DNA of 64,000 nucleotides from an uncultured Thermoplasmata archaeon (lineage in GTDB: Archaea > Thermoplasmatota > Thermoplasmata > RBG-16-68-12). Within the stretch, counting starts at the first letter, position 1. Each line of letters starts with the position of its first letter. Both the position numbers and the translations under genes were made by a program. Shown here one piece after another: positions 34,340-45,700 of the stretch. Where the stretch lies: NCBI GenBank assembly GCA_963768855.1, contig CAVYJM010000011.1:352001-416000 (forward strand). Direction: 5' to 3'. The notes under the pieces are model-generated. The model was not told the DNA's origin. It did no database searches and was given only the letters and a program-made list of their open reading frames with translations.

Positions 34340-36952
34340 ATGGGTCCAGGCGGGGCCGCCCCGGATCCGTCGGCTGCGGCGGGGACCCCAACCGCGGCAC
34401 CGCTCTGGTCCGGAGACCCGGTCCGCACGCTCCGAGGGCTGAAAGGGCTCGATGAGATTCGTCCCCTGTGGGATGCCCTGTCGGCTCCGTGGGCCAGCCC
34501 CATGCTGAGCCAGGCCTGGATCCGGGCCTGGGCCGAGGTGTACGGGATCGATCGGGATCTGGAGTTCCTCGTGGCGGGAGACGGCCGCGCGGCAGCGATC
34601 GCGCCGCTCGTCCGCTCGAGGCGGGGTGGGCTGCGGTTCGAACTCGCGGGACCCGACAACCTCGTCGAGGTCATGGACTTCCTCTACGAGGATGGCTCGC
34701 ACATTCCCGTGCTCGCCCGATCCCTCGCCCGTTCGCGGGTTCCCCTGCGATTCTGGCGGGTCCCGGCCGATTCTCCGATCATCCCCGCTCTGACGGAGGC
34801 GTGTCGAGGCCGGGGGATTGTCCGATGCCAGGCGAGCGCCGGGTGTCCCTCGCTTCCTCTCGACGCGACCTGGGCGAACCCCCTCGAGCACTTGGATTCC
34901 CACCGGCGTTCGAACGTCCGCCGGGCTCGACGGATCGCGGAGAGCATGGGGCCGGTCACGTCGGAGATCCTCTCGCCGCGCCCCGACGAGGTCGACCGAC
35001 TCCTGGACGAAGCCTATGCGGTCGAGGCGGCGGGGTGGAAATCGCGCGAGGGTTCGCCGCTCGCCCGCGATCCCCTGCTGGGCGATTTCTTCCGTCGGTA
35101 CGCGCGGCTTGCCGCGGAGACCGGAGAACTTCGGATCTGCTTCCTCCGAATCGGGGGACGGGCGGTCGCCATGAAGCTTGCCGCCGTCACGGGGAAGCGG
35201 TTCTGGCTCCTGGCGATGGGCTTCTCCGAGGACTACGAGCGGTGTTCCCCCGGCACGCTTCTCCTCCTCGATACCCTCCAGTACGCGGCCCGGGCCGACC
35301 TCCGCTCCTACGAGTTCCTCGGGGCGGACGAGCCCTGGGTCCGCGTATGGAGCCCGACCCAGCGACCTTGCGTTTCGATTCGGACGTACCCCATCGGGGC
35401 CCGAGGAGCCGTGGCGTTGGTTTCCGATGCATCGGACCGGATGCGTTCTCGCGCGCGGACCCTGAGGCCGACGGGGGAGCGCCTCTTCGACAAGGTCGTC
35501 CAGCGGTTGGCCCTGGCGTACTCGGCGGGGCCCACGGCCGAGCAGGCGGTGCAAACGGCGGAGTCTCTGGCGGCGATCGGCTATCCGGGCATCGTCGGCT
35601 ACATGAGCGCCGACCGCGCCGATCCCCGAGTCGTCGCGCGCAACAGCCTGGAGGCCCTCGAGGCCATTCACGCGAAACAACTCGACTGCTACGTGTCGAT
35701 CAAGGCGCCCCCGCTTCGGTTCGATCGAGGCCTCGTTCGCGGGATCGTCCAGTCTGGAAACGAGAAGGGCATCCGGGTCCACTTCGATGCGATGGCCGCG
35801 GACGACGTGGACCGCACATTCTCCCTCATCCAGGAGATGCAAGCGATAAATCGGAACGTCAGTTGCACCCTCCCCGGTCGATGGCAACGGAGCACGGCGG
35901 ACGCCCAGCGAGCGATCGACCTCGGCCTTGCGGTCCGGGTGATCCAAGGAGAATGGGCCGACCTCCCGGAACGCGAGCGCGATCCCGTGGCCGGTTTCTA
36001 CGAGATCGTCGATCGGCTCGCGGGCCGCGTTCCCACGGTTGGCGTCGCAACGCACGACCCGGCGCTCGCGCGCAAGTGCGTTCGCCGTCTGCGTGCGGCA
36101 GGGACCCCGTGCGAAATCGAAGTCGTCCGGGGATATCCGATCCATCGCGTCCTCCCCGTCGCCGTGGACGAAGGCGTCCGGGTGCGGGTCTACGTCCCCT
36201 TTGGGCACATCGCGTTCCCCTACACGATGGGCAAGGTCGTCCACAAGCCCCGGATTGCGCTCTGGGCCCTGCGGGATGTGTTCCGAGGCGGCACGTCCGT
36301 GGTTCCACGGACGCGAGCGGGAAGGGGACCGGGCAGCGAGCGGCTCAGGCAGGGCCGACTCGGCGCCTCGGGATTCGGTACTCACGCCTGGGAAGCTCCG
36401 CGTCACAGGCGACCCAGACCAGCCCGACAGGTCACGGACCTCCGGAGCTCGATCACGGCCTCCAGCTATGTCGTGCTCCAGTGGACGGCCCCCGGAGACA
36501 ACGGGAGCGTGGGCCAGGCGAGCCAGTATGATCTCCGTTACAGCGCGCAGGGCCCCCTCGACAGCACGTCGTTCGGTGCCGCCACACGGGTGCCCACTTT
36601 CCCGCCCCAGCTGGCCGGCTCAACGGAGTCTCTGAACGCCAGCGGACTGTTGCCCGGGACGCAGTACTGGTTCGCCTTGCGGACCGCCGACGCCGTGCCG
36701 AACTGGTCCCCAATCTCCAACGACCTATCGGTCACGACTCCCGCGCTCCCGCCTCCCGTGCCCGCGTGGCGACGCGCTGAAGAGGCCTTCCGGAAGCGGA
36801 TTCTGAATCGGAGGACCCTCCGAACCGGGAGGTGCGTGGGATGCACACGACCCGGGCGAGCGCCCGGCTTCATGCCTCGTCGGTCCAACGCAACCAGCTG
36901 GCTCGGCTCGGCTACCGTCGCCGATTCGTCTCCGAGAGGAGCGAGTCGATGA
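34340..36952 (+). CDS. Fusion ORF: CelD/BcsL-like GNAT, proline-dehydrogenase-like barrel, fibronectin type III domain
   Basis: GNAT (AWIRAW, AIAPL, SPGTLLL), ProDH-like (SIK, RVIQG, ATHD, RVYVPFG), Fn3 (LQWTAPGDNG, YDLRYS, YWFALR, WSPISN); start uncertain. Confidence 0.72.
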   Translation: MGPGGAAPDPSAAAGTPTAAPLWSGDPVRTLRGLKGLDEIRPLWDALSAPWASPMLSQAWIRAWAEVYGIDRDLEFLVAGDGRAAAIAPLVRSRRGGLRFELAGPDNLVEVMDFLYEDGSHIPVLARSLARSRVPLRFWRVPADSPIIPALTEACRGRGIVRCQASAGCPSLPLDATWANPLEHLDSHRRSNVRRARRIAESMGPVTSEILSPRPDEVDRLLDEAYAVEAAGWKSREGSPLARDPLLGDFFRRYARLAAETGELRICFLRIGGRAVAMKLAAVTGKRFWLLAMGFSEDYERCSPGTLLLLDTLQYAARADLRSYEFLGADEPWVRVWSPTQRPCVSIRTYPIGARGAVALVSDASDRMRSRARTLRPTGERLFDKVVQRLALAYSAGPTAEQAVQTAESLAAIGYPGIVGYMSADRADPRVVARNSLEALEAIHAKQLDCYVSIKAPPLRFDRGLVRGIVQSGNEKGIRVHFDAMAADDVDRTFSLIQEMQAINRNVSCTLPGRWQRSTADAQRAIDLGLAVRVIQGEWADLPERERDPVAGFYEIVDRLAGRVPTVGVATHDPALARKCVRRLRAAGTPCEIEVVRGYPIHRVLPVAVDEGVRVRVYVPFGHIAFPYTMGKVVHKPRIALWALRDVFRGGTSVVPRTRAGRGPGSERLRQGRLGASGFGTHAWEAPRHRRPRPARQVTDLRSSITASSYVVLQWTAPGDNGSVGQASQYDLRYSAQGPLDSTSFGAATRVPTFPPQLAGSTESLNASGLLPGTQYWFALRTADAVPNWSPISNDLSVTTPALPPPVPAWRRAEEAFRKRILNRRTLRTGRCVGCTRPGRAPGFMPRRSNATSWLGSATVADSSPRGASR

Positions 36953-37208
36953 CGGACGTCGTCTCGCTATCCTTCGAGCCGGTCACACTCGAACGGGGAA
37001 TCATCAACGCAGTCACGGTCAGGGACAGGCCCACGGATGCGAGGATCGACACGCCGAGGAACGGCGCGATGACCGTGACGACGGACTGGAGCGGCCAGTA
37101 CATCGTCGACACGACGGCCAGGAAAAGGAGGGCGAGAGCGATAAGCGCCGACCCCACCACCAGAAGCGCCGTCCTCGTCTTCACGTCCCCAACCGCCCCC
37201 GTCATCAT
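36912..37208 (-). CDS. Small 2-TM membrane protein
   Basis: Two hydrophobic helices and a Ser/Thr-rich tail. Confidence 0.55.
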   Translation of the reverse strand: MMTGAVGDVKTRTALLVVGSALIALALLFLAVVSTMYWPLQSVVTVIAPFLGVSILASVGLSLTVTALMIPRSSVTGSKDSETTSVIDSLLSETNRRR

Positions 37209-37405
37209 GGTCGACGCATAAAAGGAGGCGCCCCGCAACGCTTGGCGCAAAACCTCGCCGGCGTCCCCGGTGCGGAGGCGTCCACCGTACCCGTTACCCC
37301 GATTTTCAGGGTGAAAGCCTTATCCCCCTAGCCCGGGATGGGGCGACCCTAAGGGAGGAGTCCGCGATCGACCGTCCCGAACCACCCCGCCGACGCCGGA
37401 TCCGT

Positions 37406-38855
37406 GTGCCGCACGTGCTCGCGGCCCTCGTGGCCGTGGGCCTCGTCCTCCGGTTCGTGACCTTCGACTCCTGGGGCATCGTCTACGACGGCGCGGTCAT
37501 GAGTGTGATGGGCGACTCCTTCGCCCTCCACGGAGAGTTCCTCCTCCCCTATGCGTCCGTGCCGACGTTCTACCACCACTACCCGCCGCTCTACCCGATG
37601 TTCCTCTCCCTGTTCTACCGCGCCCTCGGTTTCTCGATCTTCGCGACGAAGTTCGCGGAGCTCGTGCTCTCCGTCCTCCTCGTGGCCGTCGTCTGGTTCG
37701 CGACCGCGGACCTCTTCGGCCGCCGCAAGGCGTGGTACGCCGCCGCGTTCGTCGCCCTCGAGCCGATGTTCCTCATGACGAGCCTGATCGGCTACTCCGA
37801 GGAGCTCGTCGGGATCTGTTTCGTCCTGACTGCTTGGGCCGCGGTGAAGGGGCTGCGGGACCTGCCCTACCTCGCCCTCGCCGGGCTCTTCGCGGGCCTC
37901 GGGTTCCTCGCGAAGGCGTCCATCGGCTGGGTCTTCGTCGTGACGATCGTCATGGGCTTCCTCTGGATCCGAAGGGCGAAGGGCTGGTGGATCCTGAAGG
38001 ACAAGTGGTTCCTGACCGGCGTCGGCGCGTTCGCCCTCCTGGCGGGCGGCTGGACCCTCCGCAACCTGTCCGTGTACGGCTGGCCGCACTGGGACACGTC
38101 CGCCTACATCGACAACGTGTACGGTTACGGGTTCGCGCATCCCTCCATGCTCGCGGAGGCCCTCGTCGTCAAGGTGCCGCTCTTCCTCCTCTTCTTCCTC
38201 CTGTACGGGGGGCTGTTCTTCCCGGAGCTGCGCCTGTCCCGGCGGGCGGCCGCAGGCGAGGCGACCGGCCTCCTGTGGACGATCGTCGGCTCGACGTTCC
38301 TCATGGGCTGGATCGTGTCCTCGTTCTTCTGGACGGTCGAGCAGACGCCGCTGTGGTGGTGGGACAACCTCCGCTACGTCGTCGTGTCCTCGCCGCTGAT
38401 CCTGTGGCTCGTCCTGAAGGAGACGGAGCCGCGGTGGACCTTCACCCGTGCGCCCTCCACGGACCTGCGATCCTTCTCGAAGCGCTTCGCGGTCCTCATG
38501 GCGGTGTTCCTCGCGATCGGCCTTGCGATTGTCGCGTTCCCCGCGCCGTACCCGCAGATGAGCGTCGTGCAGAGCCTCGACGGCTACCTGCAGCCCGGGG
38601 CCATCGTCGGCGTGGATGGGATCTCGCCCGAGTCAGATCCTCCCCTACATCTCCGTGCCGAACGTCTCCGTGATCCCCTATCACGGCGGCGTGGCTGCGG
38701 CCTACATCCTCTCCGCGACGTCCGCGGCGTACGCGGGGTTCGTCCACGTCACCACGTCCAAATCCGGCGACCTCCTCGGGGAGAACTTCGCGTGCTCGCT
38801 GTGGGCACGCGCCGGGACCGCGCTCGCGGACGCGGCGTCCCACCCCGGCCCGTGA
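37406..38855 (+). pseudogene. ArnT/PMT-like (GT-C fold) glycosyltransferase with a +1 frameshift near 38628
   Basis: YD acidic loop, HHYPPLYP, YSE, GFLAKAS, about 12 TM; C-terminus continues in +1 frame QILPYISVPNVSVIPY after an extra C in tcgcccgag. Confidence 0.75.
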
Positions 38856-38943
38856 CGGACTCGCACGACTTGGGCGCCCGAATCCGCCCTCCTCCCCTCG
38901 GGATCGGGCCGAGGCCCTCGGGCATGGGCCACGGCAAAAGCCT

Positions 38944-39924
38944 ATGAGGACCCGCCGCGTCGGCCCCGAACGGCAGACCATGGCACCCCGGAGGCGTGGA
39001 CGCGGACTCGTGATCCTCGGCGCGATCCTGATCGTCGCGGGGCTGTTCGCGATGTTCTACGGGCTCTCGCCGGCCGGCGCCCAGGACACCGCCCCGATCG
39101 GTCCGAACGATGCCACGACGGAGTACTTCACGGAGTACTCCTGGAGCGTCCTCGCAGGCGGCAACGTGCAGGGCACCTTCCAAGTCCTGAACGGCACGCC
39201 CGTCACGGTCTTCGTCTTCAACGACGCGGACTACAACGCCTACCTGAATGGCGCGAACCGGACGGGACTGTACACGGTCACTGCCTCGAGCGGCTCGATC
39301 GACGTCGCGGTCCCCGGCTTCAACACGTACCACCTCGTCTTCCAGCACGCCCCCGGCTACGAGAACGTGGAGCAGGACGTGGCGGTGGACCTGACGAGCA
39401 CGGGGATCGACCCCGGGTTCTTCTTGGGCGGGATCGCGGCGATGGGAATCGGTCTGGTGCTCGTGGTCTTCGGGGTCCGCCGCATGCGGGCGTCTTCGGG
39501 ACAGGCCCCCTCCGGGATTCTCGACAGCCGCGCGACCTACGCACCGGCTCCCTTGCCGCCCTCCGCTCCGGACACGACGCCGAGCGGCTCGGGCGTCTAC
39601 CGCGTCCCACCGCCCCTGCTGGGGTCTTCGGGCTCGGAGGGTTCGGGAGAACCCGCGGCGGTCCCCACGGGGAGCGTCGTCGTATCCGTGGAGAACCGCT
39701 CCGCGGGGGCGGAGACCGTGCAGCTCCTCGTGAACGGCTCGGCCGTCTCGACCCTGAGCGTGCCTCCGGGGACCTCCCAGGTCACGACGGTCGCGGCACG
39801 CCTGTCCTCGCCCTTCGGCTCTATGGTCACGATCCAGGCCATCACGTCGGGCGGCCGCCGCGCAGAGCAGTCCGTGTTCGTCGGGGCGAAGGGGACCGCG
39901 CAGGTGGCCCTGCGCATCGGGTGA
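38944..39924 (+). CDS. Membrane protein: TM, beta-sandwich, TM, Pro-rich linker, Ig-like C-terminal domain
   Basis: Hydropathy and beta-strand periodicity of the 326-aa ORF. Confidence 0.7.
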   Translation: MRTRRVGPERQTMAPRRRGRGLVILGAILIVAGLFAMFYGLSPAGAQDTAPIGPNDATTEYFTEYSWSVLAGGNVQGTFQVLNGTPVTVFVFNDADYNAYLNGANRTGLYTVTASSGSIDVAVPGFNTYHLVFQHAPGYENVEQDVAVDLTSTGIDPGFFLGGIAAMGIGLVLVVFGVRRMRASSGQAPSGILDSRATYAPAPLPPSAPDTTPSGSGVYRVPPPLLGSSGSEGSGEPAAVPTGSVVVSVENRSAGAETVQLLVNGSAVSTLSVPPGTSQVTTVAARLSSPFGSMVTIQAITSGGRRAEQSVFVGAKGTAQVALRIG

Positions 39925-39936
39925 GCGACGCGGCGC

Positions 39937-40899
39937 TCACTTCATCCGCTCGAGCTCGGCCTCGACCATGAGCTTGACGAGGTCCTTGAACCGGACCTTC
40001 GGCTCCCAGCCCAGGAGGCGCTTCGCTTTCGAGGCGTCCCCGCGGAGATTGTAGACTTCGGAGGGCCGCAGGTTCTTCTCGTCCACGGTCACGTGCTTCT
40101 CCCAGTCCGGGATCCCGGCGACGCGGAACGCCTCCTCGACGAACTCCCGCACGGGGTGCGCCTCGCCCGTCGCGCCGACGAACTCGGTGGGCTCCTTGTA
40201 CTGCAGGACCCGCCACATCAGGTCGACGTACTCCGGGGCGTAGCCCCAGTCGCGCTTCGCGTCGAGGCTCCCGAGGGAAATCGACTTCGCCTTGCCCGCG
40301 TGGATCCGGGCCACGCCGTTCGCGACCTTGCGGGTGAGGAACTCGAGTCCGCGCCGTTCGGACTCGTGGTTGAATAATATTCCATTCGATACATAAATAT
40401 CGTAGGCCTCGCGATAGTTGATGCACGCCCAGTACGCGTACACCTTCGCGACGCCGTAGGGGCTGCGGGGGTGCATCGGAGTCGTCTCGTTCTGCGGCTC
40501 CCGGTCCACCTTGCCGAACATCTCGCTCGAGGAGGCTTGGTACACGCGGGCGTGGGGGGCGTAGTTCCGCACGGCTTCCAGGATTCGCACCATGCCGAGG
40601 CCCGTGATCTCGCCCGTGAGGACAGGCTGGACGAAGGACGTGCCCACGAAGGACTGGGCCGCCAGGTTGTACACCTCGTCCGGCTTCGAGGCCCGCACGG
40701 CCGCATCGAGGGACGACTGGTCCATCAGGTCCCCGTCGTGGAGGTGGATCCGGTCCGCGAGCGCGGCGATGTTGTTGAAGTTCGGGGTGCTCAAGCGCCG
40801 CACGAGGCCGTGGACCTCATAGCCTTTCTTGAGGAGCTGCTCCGCGAGGAACGACCCATCTTGGCCGGTGACTCCGGAGATGAGGGCTCGCTTGGACAT
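39937..40899 (-). CDS. gmd: GDP-mannose 4,6-dehydratase
   Basis: GVTGQDGS, NLAAQSFV, ASSSEMFG, PRSPYGVAK, LFNHES, RDWGYA. Confidence 0.96.
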   Translation of the reverse strand: MSKRALISGVTGQDGSFLAEQLLKKGYEVHGLVRRLSTPNFNNIAALADRIHLHDGDLMDQSSLDAAVRASKPDEVYNLAAQSFVGTSFVQPVLTGEITGLGMVRILEAVRNYAPHARVYQASSSEMFGKVDREPQNETTPMHPRSPYGVAKVYAYWACINYREAYDIYVSNGILFNHESERRGLEFLTRKVANGVARIHAGKAKSISLGSLDAKRDWGYAPEYVDLMWRVLQYKEPTEFVGATGEAHPVREFVEEAFRVAGIPDWEKHVTVDEKNLRPSEVYNLRGDASKAKRLLGWEPKVRFKDLVKLMVEAELERMK

Positions 40900-40925
40900 C
40901 GGGCCGGTGTACCGGGCCCAGGGTC

Positions 40926-41597
40926 TTAACGGTGTCGCTGTGTCCGGGCATCGAGCTTCGCGGGCTCCCGGCGATCTGCGTCAACGGGCAGGGCCAGGAG
41001 GGGCAGCGGCTCTCGTGCTCCGCGTCGGAGCCGCCACTCCGGCGGCCTCGGCGCGTCCGAGAAACCTACCAGCTCTAGGGGGAAGGGCAGGAGCGTGACG
41101 AGGAGGTCGCGCGCGTAACATGCCTTCTCTGGATCCCCGCGGTCGCCGTCCCTCCGGAAGAACCACCAGGTCGTGCGCCGTCCACCGTGGATCTCCAGGC
41201 AGGGGAGGGTCTGCCTCTCCCGTCCGCGGGTGAGCCTCGCGCGCCGTACGAGCGCGTAGGGGACGATTGCGGTCACGTGGGCCGGGGTCAGGGGTCGAGG
41301 AATCGCGACGAGGTGGAGCGCCGCGTGGACTGTGGGGTACCGGTCCGCGAACGCCGGAGGGGGCGGCAGGAAGAGGCCGGAGGCCTGCGGGGCCGGTTCG
41401 GAGAAGGCGGGCACCGCGAGGAGCTTGTCCTCCGTGAAGAGGAGGTGGTGCCACCGCGGGATCGTGCTCACGTCCGCGACGAACGGAAGGACGCCTAGGA
41501 TCCGCTCCGGCCCGGTGAATGCGTCGAGGAGGTTCCCTGGGTCTACCTCTCTGACGCGCTCCCTCGGCGGGTGGATCATCTCGATCATGGATGCCAT
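40926..41597 (-). CDS. Hypothetical protein
   Basis: Open frame with mixed alpha/beta pattern (HLLFTEDKLLAV); no family recognised. Confidence 0.45.
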   Translation of the reverse strand: MASMIEMIHPPRERVREVDPGNLLDAFTGPERILGVLPFVADVSTIPRWHHLLFTEDKLLAVPAFSEPAPQASGLFLPPPPAFADRYPTVHAALHLVAIPRPLTPAHVTAIVPYALVRRARLTRGRERQTLPCLEIHGGRRTTWWFFRRDGDRGDPEKACYARDLLVTLLPFPLELVGFSDAPRPPEWRLRRGAREPLPLLALPVDADRREPAKLDARTQRHR

Positions 41598-41984
41598 CTC
41601 GCGCCGGCGAGAGTTCGGAGGGCCTAATAGCCGCATCCCGGGAATGCCGCGGGAGCCCCCCGATAGTTCGAGGGGCGTTCTCGTCGCGAGGGCCGTTTCG
41701 CGAACGGAGTTCAACGCATCCCGACGGAACCGGGCCGCGGTCTCGGGCGTCGGTTTCGGGTGTCCGAAATAGGGCGTTCCAGGCCCTCACGGCCCGGCCG
41801 CGGGAGGCCGGCATCAGCGCGAAGCCGCGTTTTTTATTACCATCGACCGCCATGACGGTCTGGGTTCGACAGACTGGTTCGGGGGGCAGGGCTTCTTCGT
41901 TCGAGCCTCCATGAAGGCTCGGCACGTCGGGGAACGCGCCAGTTGGGGGACTCGAAGACGAGGAGTCGCCGAGGTGCGGGCACC

Positions 41985-42515
41985 GTGCGTGTCCTCATCC
42001 TGCCCCTCCTCATCCTGCTGATTCTCCTGCCCGCGATCCTGCCCGTCGTCGCCTCCTCGGCCCTCGCGGACCTTCCGCCCGCGGCTGCCGTCGGCCTCGG
42101 CGTTGCGGCCCTCGACCATCCCACGCGCGCGAGAATCTTGGCCCACCTGGAGGCCATCCCCGGGGACCACTTCCGGTCCATCGTCCGGTCCATCCGGGTG
42201 AGCGTGGGGGAGACCCGGCACCACCTGAACGTCTTGATGCGACGAGGCCGTGTCCGTGAGCAGCGGGTCGAGGGACGATGTCGCTACTACGTGAACGGCG
42301 AGGAGATCACGGACCGGAATTCGGTGTTCGAAGCGTACTGGACCCTGCAGGGTTGCCGCCTCCGCGTCCTGGCCGTGGTGCGCGAGCGGCAGGTCGTCCG
42401 GCCTTCCGATGTCGCCGCGGACCTGGGGATTAGCCGCCAACTCGCCGACTACCATCTGCAGCGCCTCGCGGCATCCGGGCAGGTGCGGCATGAGGGTGGC
42501 CTCTACCGTCCGTGA
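41985..42515 (+). CDS. Membrane-tethered double winged-HTH regulator
   Basis: N-terminal hydrophobic helix, LDHPTRARIL..HL..L and a second wHTH ISRQLADYHLQRL. Confidence 0.75.
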   Translation: MRVLILPLLILLILLPAILPVVASSALADLPPAAAVGLGVAALDHPTRARILAHLEAIPGDHFRSIVRSIRVSVGETRHHLNVLMRRGRVREQRVEGRCRYYVNGEEITDRNSVFEAYWTLQGCRLRVLAVVRERQVVRPSDVAADLGISRQLADYHLQRLAASGQVRHEGGLYRP

Positions 42516-42727
42516 CATCGGAGCGGTTTAGGCTGACCAAAAATCGTACACTTTTGCGGTTCGGTCAAATGTCGAACTAATCTGCCCAAGTACCCACCCG
42601 CGGATTCGGTCCCACTCCTTGAACGGCTGGGGGAAGGGCAGAGATGACATCTTCAAGCGGTCGGCGTGCTAGTTCGACAAACGAATCGGTGTCCGGACGC
42701 ACGGCTCGGTCGCATCGATCCAAGGCG

Positions 42728-45700
42728 ATGGCTCTGCTCCTCACCTGGGTGATGCTCGGCGCCGCGCTCCTCGCGGTGACCCAAGTCGCGAACGCGGTCC
42801 ACGCCAACGGGCAGTTCGAGCTGGGCCCGGGTCCGGGGGCGGGAGCCCTGACGGACATCCTGGGCGATGGCGCGATCCCGGGACCCGACTGGGGTGACAT
42901 CTTCGACGCGTCGGGCCACGTGATCTATCCCGGTGCGATCGCCGACTTCCTTGCGGACGATTTGTCTCAGGGAGGCGCGACCGACCAGACGACGTACTCG
43001 GGCGGCGGCAGTTCCAACAAGAACGGGGACCCCATCTCGACCTGGAGCTGGGCTACCGGGAACGTGCCGGCGAAGGACGATCTGTCCAACGTCTACGCCT
43101 ACGCGACCCTGTACGGCGGTCATCTTCTCATCTACGTCGGCTTCGAACGGATCACGGCGAACGGCGACAGCCACATCGACCTCGAATTCTTCAAGGACAA
43201 CGTTCGCCTGGATGAAGCCCCGCCCTGCGACGACCCCGGTATCTCCGATCCGACGGTCTGCCACTGGCTGGGCTCCCGCACCGTGGGCGACATCATCGTC
43301 TCCATGGACTTCACGACGGGAGGCTCGTTCGGCACGATGACGGTCCGGAAGTGGGATGGGAGCGCCTACCAGGTCATCATCACCTTGACGGGTCAGGGCT
43401 GCAACCTCGCTGCCGGGGCAATCCCCGCCGACTCGATCTGCGGCTTCAACAACGGAGGATCGATCAACGGCGGCCCGTGGCCGAACTACGACAGCCACGG
43501 CAACCTGATCACGAACCTGCCCACGAACGCGTTCACGGAATTCGGACTCGACATCACCGCGATCGAGGGCAGCACGCCCTGCCTGACGACCGTCTTGGGC
43601 AAGACCCGCAGCTCCCAGTCCTTCACGGCGGAGCTCAAGGACTTCGCCGGCCCGGCCGGCTTCCCGCTCTGCAGCGCGGGCATTGTGATCAAGCCGGACG
43701 CGGTCAACGAGATCGGACAGGAACACACGTTCAACGTCTTCGTCAACAAGACGTTCGCGGGCGTCGAGTCTCCAGCCGATGACGGCACGATCGTGACGGT
43801 CGACCTGACCGCCTCCTTCGGCGCCTCCGTCGACCTGATCTCGGACACCTGCGCTTCGCCGGGGACGGTCGCCGGGATGTGTTCCGTGACGTTCAAGTCG
43901 GACAGCTCGGGCACGATTACCGGGCATGCCTCCGCGGACGTCTTGGTAGCGAGCGAGACGATCCACGTCGAGACGGACGGCACCGGGACCAACTCCGGGG
44001 ACGCGACGAAACGATATGTCGACGCCTTCGTGACGCTGAGTCCCCTCGAGGCCACGGACGAGGTCAACGACCCGCACACCGTGACGGTCCACGTCGAGGC
44101 CGATGATGGCATGGGCGTGGACTCGAACAGCGACGGATCCTTCTTCGACCCGGTCTCGGGCGTCATCCCGGCGATCAGCTTCACGGGTGACACGCCTTCC
44201 TTCGTGGACACCTCCGACTGTGACGCGGGCACGGACGCCTCCGGCAACTGCGACGTCGTGATCAACTCGACCAGCGCTGGGACGTTCACGATCCACGCGG
44301 CCGTCTCCTTCGACGTCAGCGGCGTGACTCTGTCCCGCGAGACGGACGGGCTCGGCCAGAACAGCGGCGACGCGGTCAAGGTCTACGTGGATGCGAAGAT
44401 CTCGATCTCTCCGAGCGCGGTCAACGTGGTCGGCGACCCGCACACGTTCACCGTCACGGTGATGGAGGACGACGGCTCCGGGTCCGGCTTCGCGCCGGCC
44501 GCGGGTGAGCATGTCGACTTCTCCCTGACGGACTCGAACGGCGCGGTCAGCGTGCTCGACGCGACCGCGAGCACGTGCGACAACGTCGGCCCGAACACGG
44601 ACGCGTTCGGCCAGTGCACAATCGTCTTCACGTCGGAGACAGGCGGGATCGTCACGGGCCACGCCTCATCCAGCGTCCAGGTGGGAGGGCTCTCCCTGCT
44701 CCGCTCGACGGACGGGAATGCCCCGAACAGCGGCGACGCGGACAAGCGATTCGTCGACGCGACGCTCAGCCTGACACCGGGCGAGGCCGCGAACCAGGTC
44801 GGCGCGACGCACACGATCACGGCCTTCCTGCAGATCGACTCGGGCGACGGGGACGGCTTCCAGCCCGCCCCGGACGGCGAGGAGATCGACTTCGTGATTG
44901 ACTCCGGCCCCGGCGTGCTGACGCCCACCTTCTGCCTGACGACCGGCGGGACGGGCATGTGCTCCGTGGACCTGACGTCCGCGGTCACGGGCTTGAGCAA
45001 GGTCTCGGCCTTATGGTCCAACACGCTCGTGTTCCCCGAGGGCTCCGTCCTCGTGTCCGCGAACGCGGACCCCGTGGTCAAGCGCTGGGTCGACGCGCGG
45101 CTCACCCTGACCCCGCCCGATGACGCGAACCAGGTCGGCGACGACCACGTCCTGACGGCCACCCTCGAGTTCGACTACGGCGACGGGAACGGCTTCGTGT
45201 CCGCGCCCGCCGGCGAGACGATCACCTGGGAGATCGTCAGCGGACCCGGGCAGCTCTCGAGCCTGACCTGCGTCACGGACGCCTCCGGCATGTGCTCGGT
45301 CACCCTCCACTCCGACACGACGGGCACGACGAGCATCGGCGCATCCTGGACCGGGACGATCGGCACGGCGGAGGGCAACGCGGACGCGACCGCGACAGCG
45401 GACCCCGTCTCGAAGCGCTGGGTCGACGTGCGCCTCTCCCTGACGCCCGAGGACGCGGCGAACCAGGTCAACACGGACCATGAGATCGTCGCGCTCCTTG
45501 AGTTCGACACGGGGAGCGGCTTCGTGGCGGCCCCCGACGGCGAGGAGATCGACTTCACGGTCGTCTCCGGGCCCGGCGTGCTCACCCCGACCTTCTGCCT
45601 GACGGACGGCGGGGACGGCGACTGTTCGGTCTTCCTGTCGTCCTCCATCACGGGCCTGACGACGGTCGAGGCCTCCTGGAGCGGCGACATCGTGACCACG

